A DNA stretch of 64,000 bases from Malacoraja senta (lineage: Eukaryota): contig CM075989.1 in NCBI GenBank assembly GCA_038087875.1, forward strand, positions 3,782,001 through 3,846,000, written 5' to 3'. The notes under the pieces were generated by a model. The model ran no database searches, was not told where the DNA came from, and worked only from the letters and a program-made list of their open reading frames with translations. Of the stretch, positions 1-11,821 are shown piece by piece; within the stretch, counting starts at the first letter, position 1, and every line of letters starts with the position of its first letter. The translations under genes were made by a program, and so were the position numbers.

Positions 1-222
1 GCTGAATGTACGCAGTTTGTACATTCTCCCAGTGACCGCGTGGGTTTTCTCCAGGTCCTCCGGTTTCCTCCCATGCTCCAAAGACATACAGATTTGTAGG
101 TTAATTGGCTTGGTATAAATGTAAATTGTCACTAGTGTGTGTAGGATAGTGTAAATGTGCAGGAATCGCTGGTTGGCACAGACTCAGTGGGCCGAAGGGC
201 TTGTTTCTGCTCTATCTCCACA
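1..222 (+). mobile_element. HE1-like V-SINE (5' part outside the window)
   Basis: Core gtgggttttctcc..ggtttcctccca..ccaaagac..ggttaattggc and tail gactcagtgggccgaagggc..tgtttc, shared with about 15 copies in the window. Confidence 0.85.
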
Positions 223-630
223 ACAAAGAAGAAAAGATTATTCCTGTTCCTTTGGTTAATTTATAGGGAACTGTTTTCTATGGGGATGCTGGTGATGTGG
301 ATGTTGGAGTCCAATGTTGTTACCTGGAACACTTGCTGCCCCCATCTCAACTCTCTGGTCTACTCTCATTCCGCGTTCAACCCAGTTGGAGGGAAGTTTA
401 CAGAAGAGAAGCTGCAGCAAAATAAAATCTGCAGTGAGCATTCAATCCCTTCCTGTCACAGCTGATATCAGCACTTCTGTTAGGGGCAGATGAGAGTCCA
501 TCTTAAAGTGGGCCCCCTATATTCTCACTGTAGTGATTGTCGTGACCACCATAGTTCATTGCAGGGTAATCACCATACATCATGGTGGTATAGTGATCAC
601 CATACTTCAATATTTCATCACTGTTTCCTT

Positions 631-912
631 GAGTTTAATTTAGTTGAGTTTAGTTTATTGTCACGTGTACTGAGGTACAGTGAAAAGCTTTTGTTGCTTG
701 CTAACCAGTCAGTGAAAAAGACTATATATGATTACAATCCAGCAATCCACAGTATACAGATACATGATGAAGGGAAGACTGTGTAAGGTAAAGACCAGTA
801 AAGTCCCATTAAAGATATTCCAAGGGTCCCCAATCAGGACTGCTCATTAGTTGGTGACAGGATGGTTCAGTTGCCTGATAACAGCTGGGACGAAACTGTC
901 CCTGAATCTGGA
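631..912 (-). mobile_element. Rex1/Babar-like LINE 3' fragment
   Basis: Tail tttattgtcacgtgtactgaggtacagtgaaaagc and gttgcctgataacagctggga match the copies at 17.9-18.7 kb and 42 kb. Confidence 0.7.
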
Positions 913-1282
913 CAAGGCTAATACAGGAAAAACTGCATAGTTGTATTGATGGCTTTTTGTATCTTCAATGGGTGGTTAAAATACACTTAAGTGTATTTCC
1001 TTTTAATAATAACATGTACACCAATTCACCTTCTGAACACAGTAATAATTTAATCTAAAACACTACAAATAAATCTAGTCAATTTGACATTTATCCTATT
1101 TGTGGGTAATGTGGAATGTAACATGTTGGGGTACACGGTATGGGGTGCATTTGGGAGCAGATATTTGATGTTGGCAGACTGACAAAACTGTGGCAGATAG
1201 AATTCAATGTGGGGAAAAGTGAAGTCCTTCATCCTGAAAAGTCAAATCACTGAGATTTGGTTAAATCACCAGCTGCTGTGAA

Positions 1283-1555
1283 GTTTGAGAGATACAACGT
1301 GGAAACAGGCCCTTTGGACCACCGCGTGTGCGTCGAGTAGCAATCACACTTCTATCCTAGAAACCTGCGACAATTTACAGAGGCCAATTAACCTACAAAC
1401 CTGTATGTCTTTGGGAATGTGGGAGGAAACCGGAGCACCCGGGGAAAACCCACGTGGTCACAGGGAGAATGTACAAACTCAGTACAGACATCACCCGTAG
1501 TCAGGATCGAAGCCAGGTCATTGGCGCTGTAAGACAGCAACTCTACCGCTGCACC
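1283..1555 (-). mobile_element. HE1-like V-SINE
   Basis: Reverse complement of tRNA-like head, V-core and CR1-like tail. Confidence 0.85.
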
Positions 1556-1781
1556 TAGACAAAAGGTTTAAGGATCTCGGTAAAATATCACTCAGAGTGA
1601 GCTGTTTATCAGCTAAATAAATCTGGGAGAAAATACTGATAAAAGTTACAGAGCTGATCGCCTTTGAATCCGGGATCTGCAGCTGCTGAGCAGGATCCTT
1701 CACTGACTTGATCCAGGCCATTCATCGTCATCCTATCTCCATTCACCCTCAATCAATCTCCTCATTCACTGTTTGACTGAT

Positions 1782-2088
1782 GGCAAGGTGGCGCAGCGGT
1801 AGAGTTGCTGCTTTAAGGCGCCAGAGACCAGGGTCCCATCCTGACTACGGGGGCTGTCTGTACAGAGTTTGTACGGTCTCCTCATGATCCCGTGGGATTT
1901 CTCCTGGTGCTCCGGTTTACTCCCACACTCCAAAGATGTACAGGTTTGTAGGCTAATTAGTTTTGGTAAAATTGTAAATTGTCCCCAGTGTGTAGAATAG
2001 CGCCAGTGTGCAGGGATCACTGTTTGGTGCGGACTCGGTGGGCCGAGATGCCTGTTTCTGCACTGTATCTCTAAGCTAAACTAAACTA
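1782..2088 (+). mobile_element. HE1-like V-SINE, full length
   Basis: tRNA-like head with A box TGGCGCAGCGG, V-core, tail ending (ctaaa)n. Confidence 0.9.
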
Positions 2089-2419
2089 TTAGCGGCAACA
2101 ACAAGTTTGGTTATCTTGGCCCACATCCCATGCCCAGATTTTGCCCACTCTTTGATTCCAACCAAACTGTCCTGTAATGGACAGCTTGGTTTTTCAGCTT
2201 GGGTTTATACATGTGGTGATCTTGCCCAGCCGTTCCCTCTATCGGACTGATGACCTTTTCCGCAGCCATTTGTGGATGCTACAGAGACTTGTGTGTATAT
2301 AAACGTCTGCCACTGTGTGCGTTGTCTCTGGGTTGATTTTGCACATCCCCAGCTCTTCAGTACCACACAGTTATTTCTAATGTTCTATTTGCCCGTCAAG
2401 TTACTATTGCACTCACTAC

Positions 2420-2785
2420 TCATTTACTTCCCCTGAAACCCAACCACTTCCCCCCCCACCCTAGTCACCGTACTAGTTTCACTGTCGTCTTGTTGAGTTT
2501 CATTGTCTGCATAACTCATTATCACCCAGCCCACAGCCAACAAGGGACCATTGTGGGTTCCTCCTTTCCATGATCACCGTTACTTTTTTGCACATCTGCA
2601 TTTATTATTCCACATTCCTCTATATCACTGTCTATTGTTGACCTCTCCACTGAGTCTCAGTCTGAAAAAGGGTCTCGTCCCGAAACATCACCTATTCCTT
2701 TATTCCATAAATGCTACCTGACCCGCTGAGCTACTCCAGCTTTTTGTGCCTATCTTCGGTTTAAGCCAGGAATTCCTACCTGCAC
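2420..2785 (+). mobile_element. Penelope-like element 3' region with degenerate hammerhead motif
   Basis: cagtctgaaaaagggtctcgtcccgaaacatcacctattcc...gacccgctgagctactccagc; same unit that follows the GIY-YIG C-terminus at 23.8-24.1 kb. Confidence 0.7.
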
Positions 2786-3037
2786 ACTTCATGTCACTGA
2801 CAGTTCTATCCCAGAGACACTCTACAAACTACAATTGCCCCCCCCCCCCAGATTACATACGCCCCACTTGTGGACAGTCCTTACATGGCTGGAGCATTTG
2901 GGAGCTGGGCCGGATGGACGTGGATGTAGTTGCCGGATGATGCAGGGCTCCATCATCTTCTGCTCATCTACTGGGTGGGAATGAGTCACCTCACTGTGTC
3001 TTCTCATCGCCACACCACGGCTGAGGGAGGATATTGA

Positions 3038-3456
3038 ATTGAAAGATACAGCATGGAAACAGGCCCTTCAGCCCATTGAGTCCACCCCGACCATTGATCA
3101 CCCGTTCACACCAGTTCGTTCGTTCGCTCGTGTGTCAGACGATGTCGCTCGCTGTTGGCTTCTGTCGTTGTCCAACATGTTGACAGAATTGCCGCCCGAC
3201 GCGTCACAGAGTGCATCGTGTCGCCGCTTCCAGGGATCGCCACGAGGAGACTTCTGTCATGATCCCCGTACACTATGTTATCCCACTTTCCCATCCATTC
3301 CCTACGCAATAGGATCAATTTACAGAGGGCCAATTAACCTACAACCCTGCATGTCTTTAGGATGTGGGAGGAAACCAGAGCACCCGGAGAAAACCCATGC
3401 AATCACAGGAAGAATGTGCAAACTCCGTACATACAGCAGCCAAGGTCATGATCAAA
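3038..3456 (-). mobile_element. HE1-like V-SINE with an internal CpG-rich insertion
   Basis: Tail and core match other copies; foreign segment at about 3116-3258. Confidence 0.75.
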
Positions 3457-3924
3457 TGCAGTACCCTTTAACTACAGACATCTGGATCAAGATGATACCT
3501 GAGCTTAAAGGGTGGAATGTGAGGACAGTTTGTGCTACCCAGGCTGGTATTCAATTGAATCTTGACATTAAATGAAGTTTAGATATTGGGGCGTACAATA
3601 TGAATATAACGATATGATACGATAAAACTGTATTCATCCCTGGAGGGAAATTGGTCTGCCGACAGTCACAACACACAAGGTACACGAAAATTAAAAGTGC
3701 AATAAAAAAGGACAAGCGACTGTTGGTGGCTGCCGTGTGAACAGCGCCTTCACTGGAACAAATGAACAAGCAAACGAACACACTTATCCCGAATAATTAG
3801 ATCATTAGTTTGATTGACTCACTCAACACTACATGTAAGCGGATGGTATATTTGAATGCAATTTGTTTTCTTGCAACATGAAAACTTACTGCAACATAAT
3901 TCATGCCAAATTCATGAACGCTGG

Positions 3925-4198
3925 AGCTACTGCCTTACAGCACCAGAGACCTGGGTTCGATCCTGACTACGGGTGCTGTCAGTACGGAGGTTGTACGTTC
4001 TCCCCATGGGCTGCGTGGGTTTTCTCCAAGATATTTGGTTTCCTCCCACACACCAAAGACGTTCAGGTTTATGCTAATTGGCTTGGTATAAAAGTAAATT
4101 GTGCCTAGTGTGTGTAGGATAATGTAAGTGTGCGGGGATTGCTGGTCGGTGCACACTCGTTGAGCCGAAGGGCCTGTTTTCAGGCTGTATCCAAACTC
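3925..4198 (+). mobile_element. HE1-like V-SINE
   Basis: B box GGTTCGATCC, V-core, CR1-like tail. Confidence 0.85.
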
Positions 4199-4239
4199 TA
4201 GATACTGAAATATGACCAACATGAACAATTTGGCATCAG

Positions 4240-5051
4240 CTCGGGGGGTGTAGGGGAGGGGATGTGTGGGGGAGGGGGATGTGTGGGAGAGGGGGATGTG
4301 TGGGAGAGGGGGATGTGTGGGGAGGGTGTGTGTGGGGGAGGGGTGTTTGTGGGGAGGGAGGGTGTGGGCGAAGGGGGCATGTGTGGGGAGGGGAGCATGT
4401 GTGCGGGAGGGGGTGTGTGGGAGGGGTGACATGGTGGGAATGGAGGTGTGGGGGAGGGGGATGGGTGAGGTGGGGAGGGGGTGTGGGGGAGGGGTGGATT
4501 GGGGGAGGGGAGTGGTTGGGGTGGGGGAGAGGGGGTGTGGGGGTGGGTGTGTGGGGGAGGGGATAAATGGGGGGGTTGTGGTCGCCGCAGACGCAGCTCG
4601 CACTCTGCTCACCCCGCACCTTCAGCTTTTGGCATCACTCAGCTGCTCTCGGTCCGGCTCCAGCTTCACTCAACGGCACCCGGTTCCACTCAGCGGCTCC
4701 CAGCTCGTCGTGCTGGTCTCTGCAGAAGCAGCCCGCATGCTGCTCTCTCCGCACGCTGCTCACTCCGCATTCTGCTCACTCCGCACTCGTTCAACAAACT
4801 CTGCTCCATCAGCTTTACTCTCTCGCCGTCGGTGATTGTAAGCGGGTGCCAGAAGAGGCTGTTTTTACAATTTAAAAACCTTCATAACTTTTGTACTATT
4901 CCACCGATCGGAACAAAACTTGTTGCACTTGCAGCACAGGAGAATGGCGAGTAAGGTGGCGAAAGATCGTAGCGCTATCTGGTATCGTTTTTGCGCAAAT
5001 GTAAAAACAACGCAAACTGGAGGAGGACAAGATGAGACTTTTATAAGTATA
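4240..5051 (-). mobile_element. Non-autonomous Helitron-like element B with G-rich minisatellite (3' end not found)
   Basis: 4840-5051 is homologous to 6165-6424 (aaaccttcataacttttgta...gaggacaagatgaga.ttt); internal (gggggatgtgtgggaga)-type repeat. Confidence 0.6.
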
Positions 5052-6424
5052 CTAGACTAAGTGGGACCCATTGGGTCCCAGTCACCATGGTGGGTGTGTT
5101 GGATGGGAGAGGAAGTGTGTATGTGGGCTGGAGGGGTTTGCGAGGTGGGAAGAGGAGAGGTGTGGGGGAGGGGGAGGGAGGTGTGTGGTGTGGGCGGGGT
5201 GTTGGGGGGAGGGAGGATGTGGAGCGGGTGGTTTGGAGGAATAAGTGTGTGTGTGGGTGGGGGGGTGTGGTGGGGAGGGGTTTGTGTGAGCGGGGGGTAT
5301 GTGTGGGTGGGGGGATTACAGGGGGAGGTGGATTGTGGGTGTGGGGGGCTTGTGTGCAGGGGGTGTTGTGGGGGAGTGGGTTGTGCGTGGGGGAGGGGGG
5401 TTGTGGGGTGAGGGGTTATTGGGGGGAGGGGGTTTGTGGGGATATGGGGGTTGTGGGAGAGAGGGGGTTTGTGGAGAAGAGGGGGGTTGTGGGGACAGGT
5501 GTGTGTGGGAGGGGCAGGTTGTGGGGGAGGGGTGTCTGGGCGGGGCAGGTTGTGGGGATTTCGGATGTGTGGGTGGGGAGGTGGCATTGTGGGGGGAGGT
5601 GCATTGTGGGGAAGGCGCGTTGTGGGGGTGTATGGGCGGGGGGTTGTGGGGGGAGGGGTCGTGGGGGGAGGGGTTGTGAAGGGTAGGGGCGTGTGGGAGG
5701 GAGGGGTGTGCGGGAGGGGATGTGTGTGGGCAGAGGGGTTGTGGGAGGGTGAGGGGTGTGTGGGGGAGTATGTGTGGGCGGGGGGGGGGGGGTTTAGGAG
5801 AGGGTTGTGTAGGCGGGGGTGTTTGGGGGAGGGGTGTGTTTGGGCAGGGGAGGGAGGGATGTGAGGGGTGTGTGGAAGGGAGGGGTGTGGGGGCGGGGTG
5901 GAGAGCGCTCGGAGAAAAGATGGGGGAAGAGCCATGGGGAGAGTGTGGTATTACGGGAGGGGGGTGCAGGACCCAGTGAGGGGGACCAGAGGGGAAGTGG
6001 TTGGGGGTGCGATGGGGACTCACAGCGGTGGCTGGTCGCTTCGCTGGCCGCAGCGCTGGCCGCTTCGCTGGTCGTTCTCCTCCGCACGGTTCACGGACTC
6101 ACTCAGCACGGCTTGTGGACTCAGCCCCGCCTCCAGGGATTTGTTCTCCTCGCTCCGCCCGGTAATTTACAGCGGGTGCCGGAAGGGGCTTTACCTTCAT
6201 GGTGACTGACAGGCGAGAAGACCAATCTGTTGATCTCACGATTTTTTAAACCTTCATAACTTTTGTAATCTTCCACCGATCGGAACAAAACTTGGTGCAC
6301 ATGGAAAGACGAGAACGGTGAGTAAGATGGCAAAAAACCCTAGCAATATAGGGTACCATTTTTTGCGCAAATTAAAAAATAAAAACGGAAGAGGACAAGA
6401 TGAGAGTTTTATTAATAGTATAGA
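5052..6424 (-). mobile_element. Non-autonomous Helitron-like element A
   Basis: On the minus strand it starts TC(TATAC) and ends with hairpin TGGGACCCAATGGGTCCCA then CTTAGTCTAG; flanked by A|T with no TSD; G/T-rich low-complexity interior. Confidence 0.75.
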
Positions 6425-6809
6425 TAGATGATCTGTTTCGGATTCATGTGTAAAGAATGAATCTTCCTGATGGTAAAAGCCATTAAAATCAGATACATAT
6501 TAGAGGAATATTTCTTTATTGACAGTTCAACAGAAATGGGGGCTCTTCCACAGACATTTACGATTCACAGGAGTAAACATTTCTTAATTGTAGATAAACT
6601 TATCTTTTACTGTACGATTTGTATCAGCCATTAACAATTGTCCTGTATTGTTTTCTACACACAGGCATGTATTTGATAGACCTATCTCAACTGTATTTTT
6701 TATTTTCTAAATACACAATATCTGGAAAGGAATTTCCATGGATTAAGTACAGAAGATCACAGTTATAATTTATTTGAATGAAATGTAAAGACATCTCCCT
6801 CTGCAGACT

Positions 6810-8395
6810 TTACACCGTCTTTTACATTTTCTTCCATGCAATACGACAAAGTTTCTTCAGTGTTCCAACCACCAGCACAGTGAGCAGGAGTAACACAGAC
6901 AACAGAAAGATCATCACATCTACACAATAGTAAGCGTACCAGGGGAGTCGGTGGGATTCTGAGCGCAAATGCCCCGCTCCTTTGTGTCGGGCAACGTACT
7001 CAACCCAGAAAACGTCTCTCTCCATTGGCGACTCTGGCTGGTCCCGATGGAGAGCGGAGAGTCTCTTCATGTTGTCCGCATAAGATGTGCCGTTTATCAC
7101 CTCGTTGAGTGCCTGCAACAGATCTGTGGAGTGCATGGTTGCAATGTTGATCACTTTTGCTGCTCCTCGGGATTTGAGAATAATTAAATTGTCAAACTGG
7201 TGATAAAGCAGAGGCATGCCGATCACTGGCACCCCATGGTAGATGGCTTCATAAATGCCATTGGTGCCTCCATGTGAAACAAAGGCTCGTGTGTTGGGGT
7301 GACCCAGCAGGTCGTTCTGAGGGATCCATTTTGCCAGCAGTGTATTATTCCCTATATTGGGAGGGGTCTCACCATCATATCTCCAGATAACCTTCTGGGG
7401 GATTTGAGATAAAGCTTCTGCTATTTTCATTGCAATCTCTATTGGCAAGAAACTGACGATAGTTCCCATTGACATTACAACAAGCTTTGGACAAACTCCT
7501 CAAACTCTGCTGCCAGAGGCCGTGCTGGTTTACACTGGAAGCCTCCGATGTACACAATGTTTGGCATGGTGGGTCTTGGGAATTCAAACACAAAATCCAC
7601 CCTCATCAGCCACACATCAGCTCTGAGGAGAATCGACTTGATGTCCGTGTCTGGTCCCAGATACTGATGGCTGATCTCATTGTAATTGGGGTAAATAACA
7701 AGTTCTAAAATGACATAATGAATCAGACTTTGGACGGCGTTTTGTGTTCTTTGGAGAAAGGACATGTTGACGGACAGTTGCGAACTGGAGATCGGGACGT
7801 AGGAAGGTGGTGACGGAGCAAAGAGGGAATGTGCTTCCCCGCTATCCAACCATCGGACGTGATGCACCAGAGGAAGTTTAAAATAGTAAGCAAGCATGGG
7901 ACCAGTGCCAAACGGAGGATCTGTAAGCACTGTCAAAATTAGTCAAGTTGGCCTAGCAACGCCCTGTTCTCAAAGATTTCAGAGATGCTACAGTCAAGCA
8001 TTTTTTGGCAGTTCTGCACAAGGGAAAGTGTTTCAAATTGAAACGCAACTTTCCCTCGGAATGTGCACCATTCTGAGCGATCTGCATTGTGTTTTGTAGA
8101 ATTATTCCCACCACATCCACTGCTTCAATGTTTGCTGGCATTTGAACCACCATAGGCTGATACAGGTCGGGTCTTTCAGTGATGTACCCACTTCCTGCAG
8201 CATAGTAGAGCACTGTGATGTTGTGCCCACGAACTTTCAGCTCCTCCAAAAGAAACCGCATATTGATCCAGTGACTTCCCCCAATGGGGACAACCAATAT
8301 ATTAGCATCCCGAGCCATGGGAGAACTGCGGATGATGATGGTCCCAAGTACACACAGAGGCACTTTACTGCTCTTCCATACTGAGGAAATGGATC
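6810..8395 (-). pseudogene. UDP-glucuronosyltransferase pseudogene, single coding exon (UGT5-like)
   Basis: ORF pieces 7953-8363, 7475-7936 and 6822-7475; GSHWINM, DFVFEFPRPTMPN, signature WIPQNDLLGHP..FVSHGGTNGIYEAIYHGVP, TM helix; 16-bp deletion near 7485, deletions at 7935-8060, premature stop at 6822. Confidence 0.9.
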
Positions 8396-8481
8396 CTGTT
8401 CAAAATGAAAAGGAAATAACATTAACATGTTACATTTTTGTTTTAGCTGACACCTACTGGTCAACATAACCAAGTTAGTCG

Positions 8482-8620
8482 AAGATAGACACAAAAAGCT
8501 GGAGTAACTCAGCGGGACAGGCAGCATCGCTGGGGAGAAGGAATGGGTGAAGTTTCGGGTTGAGACCCTTCTCCAGTCTGTGTCTATCATCGATTTAAAC
8601 CAGCATCTGCAGTTCCTTCC
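8482..8620. repeat. Penelope-derived repeat, partial fold-back
   Basis: agatagacacaaaaagctggagtaactcagcggg...gtttcgggttgagacccttc followed by inverted tgtgtctatc. Confidence 0.7.
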
Positions 8621-8812
8621 TGGAGGCTGGTTCTCTGGATACTTTCAAGAGAGAGCTAGATAGGGCTCTTGAAGATAGCGGACTCAGGGGATATGGGGAG
8701 AAGGCAGGAACGGGGTACTGATTGGGGATGATCAGCCATGATCACATTGAATGGCGGTGCTGGCTTGAAGGGCTGAATGGCCTACTCCTGCACCTATTGT
8801 CTATTGTCTATT
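8621..8812 (+). mobile_element. CR1/HER1 LINE 3' fragment
   Basis: ggggatatggggagaaggcaggaacggggtactga...gaatggcctactcctgcacc(tattgtc)n. Confidence 0.85.
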
Positions 8813-8832
8813 GCACAAATGTTAGTCATGTG

Positions 8833-9903
8833 CTGGGCCGGCCTTAGGAGGTGCGTGGCCCAATGGGGAACTATTTTGGTGAGCCCCAGGTTCCCAGCCA
8901 AGATCTGTGGAATCATAGAAATATAAATAAAGTCTATTATAGGCTTTATATCTCTATAGTAGAATGGAAAGTAATCAAAATGTGCGCTTAAAAAGTGCCT
9001 GCGACTTAATGGACCAAACAGATCTAAGCGACATTTTAATATACAATTGCACACATGTAAGCCTACAAGTAACAAACAAAATGTGTAGATTACTTCTGAA
9101 AAGTACATAGTTACAATACCACTTGTTTTATTGTGAAATGATGAAAAAAAGTAATTTAATTAACTAGATTCCGGTAAACCAATAACTATTGGCGAAAAAA
9201 CAGTCCAGGCATTAAATTTTGGGCTTCAGCCCCATCCTACCCTTTGTGCTTCTCCCCCATCCTAACTTAGTTTTGTGTGAGTGTGTGTGTGTGTTAGTTG
9301 TCTGTGCGTGATGTGTGTGTGTGCGCGAGGGAAGGAGAGAAGGGAGGGAGGGAGAGGAGGAAGGAGAGAAGGGAGGGATGGAAGTAGAGAAAGAAGGGAG
9401 GGAGGGAAGCGGAGGAGGGAAAAGAGAGAGAGGAAGGAGAGAGGGAAGGAGAGAACGGAGGGAGGGAAGAAGGGAAGGGAGGGAGGGATGGGAAGGAGAG
9501 AATGGAGGGAGAGGGCCAGCGGCGGGAGCGGACGAGTGTGAGCTGAGGCCAAGGTTTGTAAACGTTGCTCCAACCCCCGGCCTGGCCCTCCCTGTATTGT
9601 TCACCGCGTCTCCCCGGGGAGAGAGAGGGGTGGAGCCGGGGCTGTGTGCGTGAAGCACGGCGACTGGAGGGGCGGGAGCGCTGCCCCGGGACCGTGAGGG
9701 AACGACCCACCTCACCCTCTCCCGCTTCTCCATTCCCCCTCACACCCACCTCCCCGTCTACCCCTTTCTTCCCCCTCCACCCCTCTAATCTCTCTGCACC
9801 CCTCTCTCCCCCCTCCACCCGGGGTAGATCTACCCGAGCCGAGAGTAGATTACTCTAGTGCGGGGCCCCCTTAGGCGTGGGGCACAATTGGGAGCCGGCC
9901 CTG
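8833..9903. mobile_element. Non-autonomous hAT-type DNA transposon
   Basis: Termini CTGGGCCGGC ... GCCGGCCCTG; exact 8-bp TSD GTCATGTG at 8825-8832 and 9904-9911; internal (GT)n and GA-rich tracts. Confidence 0.85.
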
Positions 9904-9969
9904 GTCATGTGGATTGATTGAGTTGATGTAGGAACCAAGTTTATATCATTTCAGTAGATTGTTACTGTG

Positions 9970-10350
9970 ATTTTATAGAGGTGTATAAAATCATGAGAGG
10001 AATAGATCAGGTAGATGCACAGTCTCTTGTCCACAGTGGGGGAAATCGAGAACCAGAAGGCATAGGTTTAAGGTGAAGGGGAAATGATTTGATAGGAATC
10101 TGAGCGGTAACTTTTTCCACACTAACGGTGGTGGGTGTATGGAATGAGCTGCCAGAGGAGGTAGTTGGGGCAGGTACAACAACAGCATTTTAATGACATT
10201 AAACACAAAGAAGCAATTAGACAGAGACATAGATAAAACAGGTTTAGAGGGACATGGACCAAATACAGGCAGGTGGGACGTATAAATGGGACATGTTGGC
10301 CGGTGTGGGCAAGTTGGGCCAAAGGGCCTGTTTCCACGATGTATGACTGT
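9970..10350 (+). mobile_element. CR1 LINE 3' fragment (second subfamily)
   Basis: atagaggtgtataaaatcatgagagg...ggcaagttgggccaaagggcctgtttcc; same family as 57015-57370. Confidence 0.8.
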
Positions 10351-10545
10351 GACTTCCTTGATCCGCTGTAACTCCACACATGATTAGAGAGCAGGATGTG
10401 TGTTGTGTGTCAGGGAGTTGTACATCCCAGTCCATGTGTCAAGGGGCATCACAATCTAGACAATGCACCTCATCATAGAGCAGCCAATTCCAGCAACTCA
10501 TAACAGAAAACAAGTTCAGAAACAATATATTATGGTAATGTTACA

Positions 10546-10843
10546 GGGGCGACACAGTGGTGCAGCGGTAGAGTTGCTGCCTTATAGCGCCAGAGACCCA
10601 GGTCCAATCCTGACTACGAGCACCATCTGTGCCGAGTTTGTACGTTCTCCCCGTGACCGCGTGGGTTTTCTCTAGGTGCTCCAGTTTCCTCCCACACTCC
10701 AAAGAAGTACAGGTTTGTAGGTTAATTGGCTTGTGTAAATTGCCCCTCGTGTGTAAGATTGAACTGGTGTATGGGTGATGCTGGCTGGCATGGACTCGGT
10801 GGGCCAAAGGGCCTGTTTCCATGTTGTGTCTCTAAAAAAAACT
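10546..10843 (+). mobile_element. HE1-like V-SINE, full length
   Basis: Head ggggcgacacagtggtgcagcggtagag, V-core, tail. Confidence 0.9.
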
Positions 10844-11024
10844 AGATGGAATATAGTACCATATACAAATGGGAACATATTGTGACCAGCTTCTTAAATT
10901 ATAAATGTGGAGCACATACCAGACTAGAAAAATAAAGTCAATGGGATTTGTATAGTTTTCAAATTTTGCACTTGGTATTTAATTGCAATTAAAAATGCAA
11001 TAGGCCAAAACTAACTGGAAATCA

Positions 11025-11310
11025 TTGAAAGATAGATACATCATGGATCCTTCGTCGCACCATCGATCAGCCATTTGCACTGGTTAAATGTTGTCCAACT
11101 TTTTCATCCACTCTCTACACACAAGGGGCAATTTACAGAGGCCAATTAACCTATAAACCCGCATGTCTTTGGGATGCGGAAGGAATCCAGAGCACCCGGT
11201 GAGAACCTTCATGGTCAGAGGGAGAACGTGCAAACTCTGCACAGACAGCACCCAAGGTCAGGATCGAACCCGGGTCTCTGGCGCTGTGAGGCAGCTGCGC
11301 CACCGTGTCG
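11025..11310 (-). mobile_element. HE1-like V-SINE
   Basis: Reverse-complement core and B box (ggatcgaacc). Confidence 0.8.
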
Positions 11311-11821
11311 TCCTCAACTGCTGATAGTTCCATGTTGGACTGCCTCTCCTCCATTTCTCACCACCCCCCCTGCTATTGCCCCTGCGTGCGTCAGAACATT
11401 TGCAGTTCCTGCAAGGACACAGAAGTCTGGAACTAGATGACCAATTCTCTCACAATCTCAGAGTCAGGAGGAATGCGCTGAATTCCACTGTGGTGATGCT
11501 GAGGGCCTTGCCCCTGATGCGATGCCAAGGTAGACCTGGCACAGGAGCACAAAGCCTATCACTACAAGAGGACGAGTTTATTCACATTGTATTCGATCAC
11601 TTAAATTTGTTCAAATGTTTCCAATTATTTAAAAGTGTCCAAATGTTTTTAATTTAATTTTGCATATCTTTAGTTTAGTTTAGAGATTCAGCGGGAAACA
11701 GGCCCTTCGGCCCACCAAGTCTTCGCCAACCAGCTCCATACACTGGCATTATCCTGCACACCCTAGGGACAATGTACAATTTTTACCAAGCCAATTATTT
11801 ATGTATAGTTTGATCTGATCT

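Noticed and set aside
1782..1860. tRNA genes
   Set aside because: tRNA-like A/B-box heads continue into SINE core and tail; no complete cloverleaf
3935..6209. Many long Pro/His- or Gly-rich ORFs
   Set aside because: Artefacts of G-rich low-complexity DNA lacking stop codons; open in several frames on both strands
9212..9858. Overlapping ORFs rich in G/E/R or P/S/L
   Set aside because: Purine-rich simple repeat inside the hAT-type element
11376..11657. Short ORFs in unique sequence (also 157-465, 14169-14378, 21117-21434) as host exons
   Set aside because: No recognisable homology or convincing paired splice sites
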